Below are positions 38,829 to 49,225 of a DNA stretch of 64,000 bases, piece after piece; position 1 is the stretch's first letter; each line of letters begins with the position of its first letter. The notes beneath the pieces were generated by a model, which saw only the letters and a program-made list of their open reading frames with translations, had not been told where the DNA came from and did no database searches. Location: the NCBI GenBank assembly GCA_041664285.1, contig JBAYLA010000003.1, positions 4,684-68,683 on the forward strand, given 5' to 3'. Source of the stretch: Minisyncoccota bacterium. Lineage in GTDB: Bacteria > Patescibacteriota > Minisyncoccia > Phycocordibacterales > UBA9973. The position numbers and the translations under genes were made by a program.

Positions 38829-39831
38829 ATTACCATACTTAACCAAACTTATTCAAAAGCTTGCACCTAAAATAGGCGCAAGAGTTGTTGTAGAACCAGA
38901 ATGGGGAATCGCATCACAAATTATTTTTAAAAACGGTGTAGTGAGATCAGCACGAATGTATTCTCTCGATCTTAACTATATTGCTTCATCTGACATTGCT
39001 CGAGATAAAGATTTTGCAAAGTTTTTTATGAAGAAAAAAGGCTATCCTGTAGCGGAGGGAAAAACAATCTTTGAAAATAATTGGGCTAAGATAGTAAAAA
39101 GTAAGCGTACTGTTTTTTATGCTTCCAAATATGCCAAACAACTTGGTTATCCAGTTATTGTAAAACCCAATAGTAAAAGTCAGGGATTGGGAGTATGTTT
39201 GGCTTGGAATAAAAAAGAATTACATCATGCCTTGCTCGAAGTATTTAAAGAAGATAAGGTTGCCATTGTTGAACAATATTTGCCGGGGCGTGATTATCGG
39301 GTAGTTGTTTTAGATGGGGAAATAATCTCTGCTTATGAAAGAATTCCACTTTCTATTGTTGGTGATGGGACAAATTCTATTTTTTATCTTCTAAAGAAAA
39401 AACAAATACTTTTTGACAAACAAAATCGTGATACAAAAATAAATTTTAATGATAAAAGAATAAAATTAAAATTACAAAGGCAGAAATATTCTTTTCGAAC
39501 TATTTTACCAAAAGGTATAAAAATTTTTTTACTTGATAATGCCAATTTGTCGACGGGTGGAGATGCTTTTGATGTAACGAAAAAAATTCACTTAAGTTTT
39601 AAAAAAATTGCTACTAAACTTACAAAAAATATGGGACTTCGGATGGCTGGAGTAGATATTATGGTTACCAAAGGGGATATTACAAAAGATTCTAAAAATT
39701 GCAGTTATTATATTATTGAAATCAACGCTGCTCCAGGCTTAGACCATTATGTAACAACTGGTCAAACTCAACGTAAAAATATTGAAGCGATGTATTTGAA
39801 AGTTTTAAAAGCGCTTGGCAAAAAAGATTAG
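38815..39831 (+). CDS. ATP-grasp ligase (cyanophycin synthetase/GshF-type ATP-grasp domain, no Mur domain)
   Basis: DKDFAK, YPVIVKP, GRDYRVVV, ANLSTGG, GVDI, IEINAAPG. Confidence 0.82.
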   Translation: MKENKLPYLTKLIQKLAPKIGARVVVEPEWGIASQIIFKNGVVRSARMYSLDLNYIASSDIARDKDFAKFFMKKKGYPVAEGKTIFENNWAKIVKSKRTVFYASKYAKQLGYPVIVKPNSKSQGLGVCLAWNKKELHHALLEVFKEDKVAIVEQYLPGRDYRVVVLDGEIISAYERIPLSIVGDGTNSIFYLLKKKQILFDKQNRDTKINFNDKRIKLKLQRQKYSFRTILPKGIKIFLLDNANLSTGGDAFDVTKKIHLSFKKIATKLTKNMGLRMAGVDIMVTKGDITKDSKNCSYYIIEINAAPGLDHYVTTGQTQRKNIEAMYLKVLKALGKKD

Positions 39832-39849
39832 CGGGAGTATATTAAAGAA

Positions 39850-40356
39850 ATGAAAAAGACCGAGAAAAAACTTACTAAAAACAGAAGACCTTCTTGGGAT
39901 GAATACTTTTTGGATATGGTTGAAATGGTTGGTTCACGTGGTACTTGTGATCGTGGTCGTTCGGGCGCAGTTTTAGTGAAAGATAAAAGAATTTTAGCTA
40001 CTGGGTATGTTGGTTCACCTGTTGGAATTGCTCATTGTGATGATGTGGGTCATGAAATGCATTCTGTTACCAGAGAAGATGGAACAACATCTCGCCATTG
40101 TCTTCGAACAGCTCATGCAGAATTAAATGCGATTGCTAATGCTGCACGTTTTGGTGTTGCTATTGATGGGGCAACTTTATACTGCAAAATGACTCCTTGT
40201 TATACTTGCGCTAAAACGATTATCAATGCTGGGATAAAACGAGTTTTTGTTTTGAAAGATTATCATATAACCAAACAAACAAAAAACATTTTTAAAAAAG
40301 CAAAAGTAAAGTTAGAAATTTTTAATAAGGAAATTGAATCTTACGAAGACCAATAA
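39850..40356 (+). CDS. dCMP deaminase (ComEB family)
   Basis: RPSWDEYF, HAELNAI, PCYTC. Confidence 0.92.
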   Translation: MKKTEKKLTKNRRPSWDEYFLDMVEMVGSRGTCDRGRSGAVLVKDKRILATGYVGSPVGIAHCDDVGHEMHSVTREDGTTSRHCLRTAHAELNAIANAARFGVAIDGATLYCKMTPCYTCAKTIINAGIKRVFVLKDYHITKQTKNIFKKAKVKLEIFNKEIESYEDQ

Positions 40357-40359
40357 TTT

Positions 40360-40689
40360 ATGGTTGATCTAAAAGCATTACAAAAAGAAGTGATGAGGAA
40401 TAAGGTAGAAAAAGGATTTAACACGACAGATGTAGCGCGAGAATTTTGTCGAGCTTACGAAGAGCTTTCTGAGGCCTTTTCTAAACATGATAAAAATCAA
40501 CCCGGGGTGGCTGAAGAATTTGCTGATGTGGTGATTTTTATTCTTGGGATGTGTGAAAAGCTCGGTTTTGATTTAGAAAAAGAACTTGTTAGAAAAATTG
40601 AAATAAATAAAAATAGAAAATATGTTAAAACAAAATCCCCTGAAGGGAAAGATGTTTTTATTCGAGTAAAAACAGACGAGGATCCTTAG
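40360..40689 (+). CDS. MazG-like NTP pyrophosphohydrolase
   Basis: EELSE...EEFAD acidic motif; KIEINKNRKY. Confidence 0.8.
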   Translation: MVDLKALQKEVMRNKVEKGFNTTDVAREFCRAYEELSEAFSKHDKNQPGVAEEFADVVIFILGMCEKLGFDLEKELVRKIEINKNRKYVKTKSPEGKDVFIRVKTDEDP

Positions 40690-41210
40690 ATTTTCTCGTA
40701 AACTGAGAAAGTGTAATCAAAAGCATTTTCTTTATCTTTTTTATGTTCTTCGTGAGATATTTCATTCCAAACAACAGGGATAATCTCTGGGAAAAATACT
40801 TCAGCGTCAGGAAATGATGCATTGACGTGTGTAATATAAAGTTTGTCTGCTTTGTCTATAAATAATTTATATATTTGTCCTCCACCAATAATAAAATTCT
40901 CTTCATTTTTGTTTGAAGTTTTTTCGAGTAGATCCATAAGCTCTGGAACAGAATGTACAATTTCTGCACCCTCTTTTTTAAATGTTTTATCTTGAGTTAA
41001 AATAATGTTTCTACGATTAGGGAGTAGTCGCCCTATTTGTTTACCGTTTTCATCTTTACCTAAAGATTCAAATGTTTTCTGACCCATTATCACGGTGCGT
41101 CCTTTTGTTGTTTCTCGAAAATGTTTCATATCAGCAGGCAAATTCCACAAAAGATCATTTTTCTTCCCGAGTTCATTATTTTTACCAATGGCTGCGATGA
41201 TAGATATCAT
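40686..41210 (-). CDS. folA: Dihydrofolate reductase
   Basis: LLWNLPADMKHF, IMGQKTFES, LPNRRNI, IGGGQIY. Confidence 0.95.
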   Translation of the reverse strand: MISIIAAIGKNNELGKKNDLLWNLPADMKHFRETTKGRTVIMGQKTFESLGKDENGKQIGRLLPNRRNIILTQDKTFKKEGAEIVHSVPELMDLLEKTSNKNEENFIIGGGQIYKLFIDKADKLYITHVNASFPDAEVFFPEIIPVVWNEISHEEHKKDKENAFDYTFSVYEKI

Positions 41211-41213
41211 AAT

Positions 41214-42086
41214 TTATATTGCAATTTCAAAAGGAATTCTATGATAACTTTCATAATTAAGTACTTCTGTGTCAGGAGCTTTCCAATCAAAAATCGATTT
41301 CCAATTTTTTGTTTCTATTTTAGATAATGAATATTTACTGGGGTCTCGAGACAATTGTTCTCTTGCTCCATCTACATGGTTTTCAAAAAGATGGATGTCA
41401 GCTAAGAATCCAACAAGTTTTCCTTCTTTTAGTCCAGATTCTTTTGCGAGTAAGCTAAGAAGTAGGGCATAGCTAGCAATATTAAAAGGTAAACCCAACA
41501 TAATATCGACTGAACGTTGATTCCACATCAAATTAAGTTTTCCATTTATTGTGGTGACTTGAAAAGAGTAATGGCAAGGGGGAAGCCCCATTTCTTCTAA
41601 TTGTAGAGGATTCCATGCACTCACAATCATTCTGCGATCACGCGGGTTTGTTTTTAATATTTCTACTAGTCTTTTTAATTGATCTACTCCTTTTCCTGTG
41701 TAATCAGTATTATAACTTTCATATTTTGCATTAAAATGTCTCCATTGAAAACCATAGATAGGTCCAAGATCACGTTCTTCAAGCATCCTCTTTTTTGAAA
41801 TTTCATCATGACCGTATGGAGCCTTTTTGGGGCTTGCCCATTCATCCCAAATATGATTATTTCGATCTAAGAGCCATTGTTTATCAGTAACACCATTTAT
41901 AAAAAATTCTAATTCTGTTGAAATTAAACGGAAGGGCATTTTTTTGGTTGTTAACAATGGAAAACCTTTTGACATATCATGTTCAAAAATAGCTCCAGCG
42001 ATAGTATGCGCAGCTGTACCTTGGCGGGTGCTAATTTTTTCACCATTTTCCAAAACATTTTTTACAATATCTAAATAAGCCTTCAT
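41214..42086 (-). CDS. thyA: Thymidylate synthase
   Basis: GFPLLTTKK, GPIYGFQWR, LPPCH, QRSVD.MLGLPFNIASY. Confidence 0.97.
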   Translation of the reverse strand: MKAYLDIVKNVLENGEKISTRQGTAAHTIAGAIFEHDMSKGFPLLTTKKMPFRLISTELEFFINGVTDKQWLLDRNNHIWDEWASPKKAPYGHDEISKKRMLEERDLGPIYGFQWRHFNAKYESYNTDYTGKGVDQLKRLVEILKTNPRDRRMIVSAWNPLQLEEMGLPPCHYSFQVTTINGKLNLMWNQRSVDIMLGLPFNIASYALLLSLLAKESGLKEGKLVGFLADIHLFENHVDGAREQLSRDPSKYSLSKIETKNWKSIFDWKAPDTEVLNYESYHRIPFEIAI

Positions 42087-42200
42087 GTTTTCATTGTAAC
42101 CTTTTTTATTATTTTACGTAATCATTGACAAAATAAGCTAGAAATGCTATTCTTTTTATATCATTCTCATCTATACATAACATATTGGGAGTGACCCGAT

Positions 42201-43544
42201 ATGCAAAAAAATAATTCATCTGCCTCGAAGAAATTCGGCAGACATACTTCTACGTTAAAAAAACCAGCTCGTCATTCTTTTGGTAGCAGGCCTGTTCGAG
42301 TTGGTGGTTTTAGTAAAAGTTCTCGTTCACCCTCCTCTTCGGCCGGCAGACATTTCAGGAGTTCTGGGGGGAGGCCAACATTTAAATTTAAAAAGAGAAG
42401 TTCGAGTGGGGGCAGGGGGAAAAGAGGTGATCGTATAGATTTCTCTCGTTTCATTAAAAAAAATGTTTACGTCGAGGAAAAGCCTTATGTGTCTAAACAT
42501 GGCTTTGCTGATTTTCCTTTTAATCCTCAGCTTCACAAAAATATTACAAGAGCTGGATTTAAAAATCCTAGACCTATTCAAGATCAAGCTATTATCTCTG
42601 TAATGGAAGGTAAGGATGTTTTCGGTATGGCCAATACCGGCACCGGTAAAACGGCAGCATTCTTATTACCTTTAATTGAAAAAATTTCTAAAACCAAAGG
42701 ACAAGCTAAAAGAGAAACCGTTTTAATAATGGCACCTACCCGTGAACTTGCTCTTCAGATAGAATCTGATTTTAAAAATCTAGCTTTTGGCCTTGGTATG
42801 TTTTCGGTGGCTTGTGTAGGAGGGTTGCCGATCATGAAACAAATTAGAGAAATAAAACTCGGGGTTTCGTTTGTCATTGGTACTCCAGGACGTTTGCGAG
42901 ATTTAATTGAGAAAAAAGTTTTAGATTTATCTACTTGTCATTCAGTAGTGCTCGACGAAGCAGACAGAATGCTCGATATGGGATTTCGTGATGATATGGT
43001 TTATATAATTGGTAAAACTGCTAAAGATCGTCAAACACTTTTCTTTTCCGCGACCTTGTCTCCGGAGATTAGAAAATTAACCGAACAATATTTAAAAAAT
43101 CCAATTTTTATTTCTGTCATTTCTGGGGAGACTTTAAAAAATATTGATCAAGATGTAGTTCGAGTGAAAAGTAAAGAAGAAAAATTAGAAAAACTGCATG
43201 AAGTTTTAACTAAAGACGGATCAGACAAAGTTTTAATTTTTAGAGAAATGAAACATAGTGTGGATACCTTAGCCAAAGAACTTGCGCAAAGAGGTTTCAA
43301 AGTTGGGGGTATTCATGGTGACAAAAGAAGTCGAGAGCGTATTCGTATTTTGGATTCTTTTAAAAAAGATCACATTAATGTTTTGATTGCGACTGATGTT
43401 GCCGCACGTGGATTGGATATTCCAGACGTTACTCATGTCATCAACTACGACGTACCACAAACTTATGATACTTACATACACCGCATAGGCCGTACTGGCC
43501 GAAGTGGCAAAAAAGGCACAGCCTTAACCTTCGTGCCGGTGTAA
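42201..43544 (+). CDS. DEAD-box RNA helicase with Arg/Ser/Gly-rich N-terminal extension
   Basis: TGTGKT, PTRELA, DEAD, SAT, ARGLD, HRIGRTGR. Confidence 0.96.
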   Translation: MQKNNSSASKKFGRHTSTLKKPARHSFGSRPVRVGGFSKSSRSPSSSAGRHFRSSGGRPTFKFKKRSSSGGRGKRGDRIDFSRFIKKNVYVEEKPYVSKHGFADFPFNPQLHKNITRAGFKNPRPIQDQAIISVMEGKDVFGMANTGTGKTAAFLLPLIEKISKTKGQAKRETVLIMAPTRELALQIESDFKNLAFGLGMFSVACVGGLPIMKQIREIKLGVSFVIGTPGRLRDLIEKKVLDLSTCHSVVLDEADRMLDMGFRDDMVYIIGKTAKDRQTLFFSATLSPEIRKLTEQYLKNPIFISVISGETLKNIDQDVVRVKSKEEKLEKLHEVLTKDGSDKVLIFREMKHSVDTLAKELAQRGFKVGGIHGDKRSRERIRILDSFKKDHINVLIATDVAARGLDIPDVTHVINYDVPQTYDTYIHRIGRTGRSGKKGTALTFVPV

Positions 43545-43582
43545 AAAAATTAGCTATTAATATAAATTAAGGGTAATTATAT

Positions 43583-44908
43583 ATGAAGAAAAGCAATATA
43601 AAATCACCACTAGATATTGCATATAATCGCCTCGACGAAGCTCATAGAGCTTGGCATCTTGCTCTGAATGGTTATCATAAAATTGATGATTTTAGAGCTG
43701 GGATTAATTCCGCTATTCAATCTTTAAGGAATCTAACTTTTGCCCTACAAAGCGAAAAAAGTAATTTTTCTAACTTTGATAGTTGGTATGAATCTTGGCG
43801 AATAAAAATGAGGGATGATCTTGTATTAAAAGAATTAAATGGTGCCAGGAATATTATTGTAAAACAAGAAGATCTAAAACTAAAAAGCAAAGCTACAGCT
43901 CAGGTAAAAGGCTGGGAGAATTACAAATCTTTATGTTTTGAATTTGATCCTATGTCTGACAGCTATGCTGTGGCTAAAGGATTTTATAATAACTATGTTG
44001 TGTATTTACCAGTATCAAAAGAAAATAAAAGTAGATTTATTTTTAATTTTGAAAGAAAATGGATTTACGAAAAGTTACCTGACGTTGAATTACTTGAAGC
44101 GGTAGCCTATAGTTATCATTTTTTTTGGGAAATGCTTAAAGATGCAGAAAAAGTATTTTCTTTACCCCAAAAAAATTCTTTAAGTAGTGGAGATTTTTGC
44201 CAAAGTGAAATAATCGATAATAAGTTCTTAAGGTGCATGGCAATTACTCGTCAAGAAAGGTCATTGATTTTTAGCTTAGAAAATGGTGGAGTCGTTTACA
44301 GTGGAAAAACATCTTCGTGGATTCCAACAGAAGATATAAAACAAAAAACAAAAAAAAGATATGGTGATATGTGGAAATCAAAGGAAATTATATCTATGTT
44401 GAACGGTATCTTTGTAAATAAATATCCATTTGACCAAGTAAAAAAGCTTATTCAAATAGCAATAGCAAGTATTAAAAGAGATAAATACCTTGTTCCAATG
44501 TCGTTTATTTTTACCGAAAAGCACAAGCCTCCTATGATCATTTCTCACACTTTCCAAAATCAACAAAGTAAAATTATAGCAATAAATAAAGTTGCGGATG
44601 AAATTATTAAGATTAAGGGGACCTCAATACTTCAGCTAGGAGAAGCATGGCTAGCACCGCTTAAAAAAGATGGTCATAATTTTCCATTACAAGATAGAAA
44701 AGATACAAAAGATGTTGTGCTTATACATTGGGTTTCTAGTGAAATGGGTAAAGTTATTACTATTCCTTTTAAGAAAAATATTTTTAATCAAATTATTTTT
44801 TCAAAAATAGAAGTTGAAGATTTTGATACAAATCAACCTCATAAAAATTTTCTACTTTTGCCGTTAATAGAAGCTTTACAAAAGGTTAAAAATAAAAATC
44901 CCCGATAA
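43583..44908 (+). CDS. Hypothetical protein, N-terminal HEPN-like helical domain
   Basis: 441-aa ORF; FRAGINSAIQSLRNLTFALQ...WYE.W..KM..D...ARNIIVK. Confidence 0.6.
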   Translation: MKKSNIKSPLDIAYNRLDEAHRAWHLALNGYHKIDDFRAGINSAIQSLRNLTFALQSEKSNFSNFDSWYESWRIKMRDDLVLKELNGARNIIVKQEDLKLKSKATAQVKGWENYKSLCFEFDPMSDSYAVAKGFYNNYVVYLPVSKENKSRFIFNFERKWIYEKLPDVELLEAVAYSYHFFWEMLKDAEKVFSLPQKNSLSSGDFCQSEIIDNKFLRCMAITRQERSLIFSLENGGVVYSGKTSSWIPTEDIKQKTKKRYGDMWKSKEIISMLNGIFVNKYPFDQVKKLIQIAIASIKRDKYLVPMSFIFTEKHKPPMIISHTFQNQQSKIIAINKVADEIIKIKGTSILQLGEAWLAPLKKDGHNFPLQDRKDTKDVVLIHWVSSEMGKVITIPFKKNIFNQIIFSKIEVEDFDTNQPHKNFLLLPLIEALQKVKNKNPR

Positions 44909-44918
44909 GGGGATTTTT
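44894..44918. terminator. Bidirectional terminator between convergent genes
   Basis: AAAAATCCCC-GATAA-GGGGATTTTT. Confidence 0.75.
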
Positions 44919-45165
44919 ATTTTGCTTTTACTAGTCCAGTTTTGAGGAGGGTAGCGTAGGTGCCACGCTTTTTCATGGTGCGCATGCCACGAGCGGATAC
45001 TTCTATATTGACTGTTTTATTAAGTTCCGGAACAAAAATCTTCTTTTTTTGAAGATTTGGGTATTTTCTTTTCTTGCCAGTTGGGTTAAATTTAGTCGCA
45101 CGGGTTCTATTAGAATATCCGCCTCCAACCACTGAACTCTTTTTTGTTATCATACATGTTTTCAT
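44917..45165 (-). CDS. rpmB: 50S ribosomal protein L28
   Basis: MKTCMITKK...KRKYPNLQKKKIFVPE...VSARGMRT. Confidence 0.88.
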   Translation of the reverse strand: MKTCMITKKSSVVGGGYSNRTRATKFNPTGKKRKYPNLQKKKIFVPELNKTVNIEVSARGMRTMKKRGTYATLLKTGLVKAK

Positions 45166-45197
45166 ATGTAGTTCTCACATGCTATCATATAATTTAT

Positions 45198-45818
45198 ATG
45201 GACGCAACCAATTCAATCTTTTATATCCTTATCCTTGTTATGTCTATCGTGATTCACGAAATCTCGCATGGTTTTATGGCGGAATATTTCGGTGATGATA
45301 CTGCGCGTAATGCTGGGAGACTAACACTGAATCCTATTTCACACATAGACTTATTCGGCTCAATTCTTTTACCAGCAGTTCTTATTTTAAGTAGCACTGG
45401 TTTTATTTTTGGTTGGGCCAAGCCCGTTCCCTATAATCCAAATAATTTAAGCAATAGAAAATGGGGAACAATTGCTGTTGCGGCAGCTGGTGTTCTGGCG
45501 AACTTTTTTATTGCTATTATTTTTGGAATTATAATACGTTTAACATCTGGTATGACCTTGCAACCTAATTTTTATTTTATAACTTCTGCCATTGTAATTG
45601 TAAATCTGGCTCTAGCTATTTTTAATCTTGTCCCGATTCCACCCCTCGATGGCTCTAAAATACTTTTTTCTTTCTTACCCGAGAGAGCTTTTTCTTTTAT
45701 TCTTGACTACGAACAATACTCTTTAATCCTATTACTTGTTTTTATTGTTTTCTTTTCTGATTATTTATATCCAATTTTAGCTTTTCTTTTTCATTTAATT
45801 ACTGGGCTTGCGCTTTAA
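45198..45818 (+). CDS. Site-2 protease (M50 family)
   Basis: HEISH, GRLTLNP, GWAKPVP, FNLVPIPPLDG; ATG 45198 preferred. Confidence 0.93.
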   Translation: MDATNSIFYILILVMSIVIHEISHGFMAEYFGDDTARNAGRLTLNPISHIDLFGSILLPAVLILSSTGFIFGWAKPVPYNPNNLSNRKWGTIAVAAAGVLANFFIAIIFGIIIRLTSGMTLQPNFYFITSAIVIVNLALAIFNLVPIPPLDGSKILFSFLPERAFSFILDYEQYSLILLLVFIVFFSDYLYPILAFLFHLITGLAL

Positions 45819-45926
45819 ATTTTAAAATACAACTTTTGAAGGGGTTTCGAGGCTGACGAGCCGAGAACTTCAGGATTTTTTAAGCTTCAAAAAATCTGTA
45901 CCGAAAAAAGTTGTATTTTAAAATTT
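45817..45926. repeat. Dispersed structured repeat family A, copy 2
   Basis: Perfect 21-bp terminal IR AAATTTTAAAATACAACTTTT; internal GGCT-GACG-AGCC and GATTTTTT-AAGCTTC-AAAAAATC hairpins. Confidence 0.88.
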
Positions 45927-45988
45927 GCATTTTTTGTGTGATTATAGTACATTGTTCACATAGTCCTGTAGGGCTATTTTATTTAGTA

Positions 45989-46414
45989 ATGCCAACAATC
46001 AATCAATTAATAAAGAAAAATAGAACCAAAATGCACGCTAAGCACAAGACCGTGGCTTTGGCTCGTGGTTTTAATGTTCTTAAAAACAAGCCGGTATTTT
46101 TCCCTTCACCTTTTAAGCGTGGAGTTTGCACTAAAGTTTCTACCACTACTCCTAAAAAGCCAAACTCAGCTCTTCGAAAAATTGCGAGAGTGCGTTTAAC
46201 TAATGGAATGGAAGTAACTGCTTATATCCCTGGAGAAGGTCATAATTTACAGGAACACTCTGTGGTTATGCTTCGTGGAGGACGTGTGAAAGACTTGATC
46301 GGAGTAAGATATCACATTGTTCGCGGAGTTCTAGATACTCAAGGAGTAGAAAAGAGACGACAATCCAGATCGCTTTATGGAAATAAAAAACCTAAGAAAG
46401 AAGTAAAGAAATAA
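45989..46414 (+). CDS. rpsL: 30S ribosomal protein S12
   Basis: [26 protein letters not shown]. Confidence 0.98.
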   Translation: MPTINQLIKKNRTKMHAKHKTVALARGFNVLKNKPVFFPSPFKRGVCTKVSTTTPKKPNSALRKIARVRLTNGMEVTAYIPGEGHNLQEHSVVMLRGGRVKDLIGVRYHIVRGVLDTQGVEKRRQSRSLYGNKKPKKEVKK

Positions 46415-46421
46415 AAAATTT

Positions 46422-46892
46422 ATGCGAAGAAAAGTAAAAAATAGAAATATAGCACAGCCTGATTTCGTTTATAACTCTCAAAAATTAGAGAAGTTTATTA
46501 ACTATGTTATGTGGTCTGGGAAGAAAGAAACTTCCAGAAAAATAATGTATAAGGCTTTTGATATAATTAAGGAGAAAACAGGGAATCCAAATCCATTAGA
46601 GATTTTTGATTTAGCGATGAAAAATGCTGGTCCTTTAACGGAAGTACGTTCTAAGCGTATCGGAGGGGCCAACTATCAAGTTCCTAGAGAAGTACGTCCT
46701 GAAAGGAGACTTGCGCTTGCTATGCGATGGATTCGTGATGCGGCTCGAAGTAAAAAGGGTTCTCCTATGCACGTAAAATTGGCTGATGAATTAATTGCCG
46801 CTTCCAAGAACGAAGGTTCTGCTATTAAAAAGAAAGAAGATACTCACAAAATGGCTGAGGCCAACAAAGCTTTTGCTCATTTTGCTTGGTAA
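46422..46892 (+). CDS. rpsG: 30S ribosomal protein S7
   Basis: IGGANYQVP, HKMAEANKAFAH. Confidence 0.98.
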   Translation: MRRKVKNRNIAQPDFVYNSQKLEKFINYVMWSGKKETSRKIMYKAFDIIKEKTGNPNPLEIFDLAMKNAGPLTEVRSKRIGGANYQVPREVRPERRLALAMRWIRDAARSKKGSPMHVKLADELIAASKNEGSAIKKKEDTHKMAEANKAFAHFAW

Positions 46893-46898
46893 TTATTT

Positions 46899-49049
46899 AT
46901 GGAACGAGACTATCCTTTAGAAAAAGTTAGAAATATTGGAATTATTGCGCACATTGATGCGGGAAAAACAACAACGACCGAGCGGGTGCTTTTTTATACT
47001 GGAGTGTCGCACAAAATCGGTGAAGTGCATGATGGGGAGACGACTACAGACTGGATGGAACAAGAACGAGAACGTGGAATCACTATTACTTCAGCAGCGG
47101 TAACTTGTTTCTGGACTCCTACCTACGCAGACCCAAAAGATAAAAGTAAAAAACATCGTTTTAACATTATTGATACTCCTGGGCACATTGATTTCACCGT
47201 TGAAGTGAAGAGATCATTGCGTGTGCTCGATGGCGCTGTAGTTGTATTTGACGGAGTAGCAGGAGTGGAACCACAATCTGAAACAAATTGGCGTTATGCA
47301 GACGAGGCGAAAGTTCCTCGTGTTTGTTTTGTGAACAAGCTGGACCGCACGGGTGCTTCCTTTGAACATTCATATGCAACTATTTTAGATAGATTGACCA
47401 AAAAAGCTATTCGTATGCAGATTCCCATTGGACTGGAAGAGAAACACGAAGGAGTGGTTGATTTATTAAGGATGAAAGCTTATTACTTTGAGGGAGAAAT
47501 GGGTAATAAGGTTATTGAAAAAGAAATTCCAGAAGAATTAAAAGCTGATGCAGAAAAATATCATAGTGCCTTGATTGAGAAAATAGTGGAGACGGATGAG
47601 GTGATGATGACTGAATACTTAGAGGGAATTGTCCCAAATCTAGATGTTCTAAAGAAAACTCTACGTAAGGCTGTTATTAATAATGAAATTTTCCCAGTGT
47701 TTGCTGGTTCAGCATTAAAGAACAAGGGTGTGCAACTTGTGCTTGATGCTGTCGTTGATTATTTACCAGCTCCGACAGATATTCCACCAATCGAAGGTAT
47801 CAATCCAGACAATGACGAGCCTGTTCTTCGTCATGCTTCTGACGCAGAGCCTTTTTCGGCTTTGGCTTTCAAGGTAGCGACTGATCCATTCGTTGGACAA
47901 ATTATTTTCTTCCGTGTTTATTCAGGAAGCTTGATGGCTGGAAGTTATATTTATAATCCTCGTACTCGTAACAAAGAACGTATTGGCCGAATATTGCGCA
48001 TGCATGCTAATGACAGAGAAGAAGTGAAACAAGTTTTTGCCGGAGAAATAGCCGCTGCCGTGGGATTAAAAGATACCATTACTTCAGATACTTTGTGTGA
48101 TGAGGACAGTCCTGTTGAATTAAACCGCATTGTTTTTCCTGAACCAGTTATTCAACTTCGCATTGAACCAAAAACAAAAGCCGACCAAGAAAAAATGGGA
48201 ATGGCACTTAATCGTCTGGCGCAAGAAGACCCAACCTTTAAAGTTACGACTGATCAAGAAACAGGGGAGACTATTATTGCGGGAATGGGAGAATTGCATC
48301 TTGAAATTATTGTGGATCGTATGAAAAGAGAATTTACTGTTGAGGCTAATGTTGGTAAACCACAAGTAGCTTACCGAGAAACAATTACTGGAAATTCAGA
48401 GGCTGAAGGAAAATACATCAAGCAATCAGGTGGACGTGGAAACTATGGACATGTGAAGATTAAAGTTAAACCAATGGTCATGCTCACAAAGGAAGAAGTG
48501 GAAGATTTACCAAAAAACACAAAGAGATCACCTGGTTTTGAATTTATAAATACTATTAAAGGAGGGGTAATTCCACAAGAGTATATTGCGCCTTGTGAAA
48601 AGGGATTCAAAGAAGGGCTCGATAGGGGAATTTTAGCTGGATTCAAAATAGTAAATGTTTCAGTAGAACTTTGGGATGGAAGTTATCATGAAGTTGACTC
48701 AAATGAAATGGCTTTCAAAATTGCATCCAGTATGGCTGTTCAAGATGCTTGTCGTCGTGCCAATCCGGTAATTTTGGAACCAATGATGAAAGTGGAAGTT
48801 GTTACTCCAGATAAATTCATGGGAGACGTTACAGGAAATCTTTCTTCTAAGCGTGGATTAATTGAAGGGATGGAAGATCGTGGAATGAACAAGGTAATTA
48901 AAGCAATTGTGCCTCTGTCAGAAATGTTTGGTTACATGACAGGTTTGCGTTCGATGACCGAAGGCCGTGCGTCTTTCACTATGGAATTCTTCCGTTACGA
49001 CATTGTGCCAAATAATGTCGCTGAAACTATCATCGCTGCAAGGAAATAA
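46899..49049 (+). CDS. fusA: Elongation factor G
   Basis: [27 protein letters not shown]. Confidence 0.98.
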   Translation: MERDYPLEKVRNIGIIAHIDAGKTTTTERVLFYTGVSHKIGEVHDGETTTDWMEQERERGITITSAAVTCFWTPTYADPKDKSKKHRFNIIDTPGHIDFTVEVKRSLRVLDGAVVVFDGVAGVEPQSETNWRYADEAKVPRVCFVNKLDRTGASFEHSYATILDRLTKKAIRMQIPIGLEEKHEGVVDLLRMKAYYFEGEMGNKVIEKEIPEELKADAEKYHSALIEKIVETDEVMMTEYLEGIVPNLDVLKKTLRKAVINNEIFPVFAGSALKNKGVQLVLDAVVDYLPAPTDIPPIEGINPDNDEPVLRHASDAEPFSALAFKVATDPFVGQIIFFRVYSGSLMAGSYIYNPRTRNKERIGRILRMHANDREEVKQVFAGEIAAAVGLKDTITSDTLCDEDSPVELNRIVFPEPVIQLRIEPKTKADQEKMGMALNRLAQEDPTFKVTTDQETGETIIAGMGELHLEIIVDRMKREFTVEANVGKPQVAYRETITGNSEAEGKYIKQSGGRGNYGHVKIKVKPMVMLTKEEVEDLPKNTKRSPGFEFINTIKGGVIPQEYIAPCEKGFKEGLDRGILAGFKIVNVSVELWDGSYHEVDSNEMAFKIASSMAVQDACRRANPVILEPMMKVEVVTPDKFMGDVTGNLSSKRGLIEGMEDRGMNKVIKAIVPLSEMFGYMTGLRSMTEGRASFTMEFFRYDIVPNNVAETIIAARK

Positions 49050-49225
49050 ACCTTTTCTCTATTTGACAATGTTTTTTAATCTGCTATTATCTTAATAACT
49101 GCACTTTCTGCAGTTTTTATATTGGTTTTTTTTAATTATTAGCAATTATTAGTTAATTTAGTTAGTAATCAAGCCTTAGTGACTGGTTATCGTACATTAA
49201 GTTTTGACTATTAATCAATAATATT

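Noticed and set aside
38815-39831. Cyanophycin synthetase
   Set aside because: Only the ATP-grasp part is present; no Mur-ligase domain and no cyanophycinase nearby
45911-45988. Extended rpsL N-terminus; similarly 33690..33731 for NRAMP and 45144..45197 for the M50 protease
   Set aside because: Upstream in-frame TTG/GTG codons fall in promoter or repeat DNA; conserved starts are downstream
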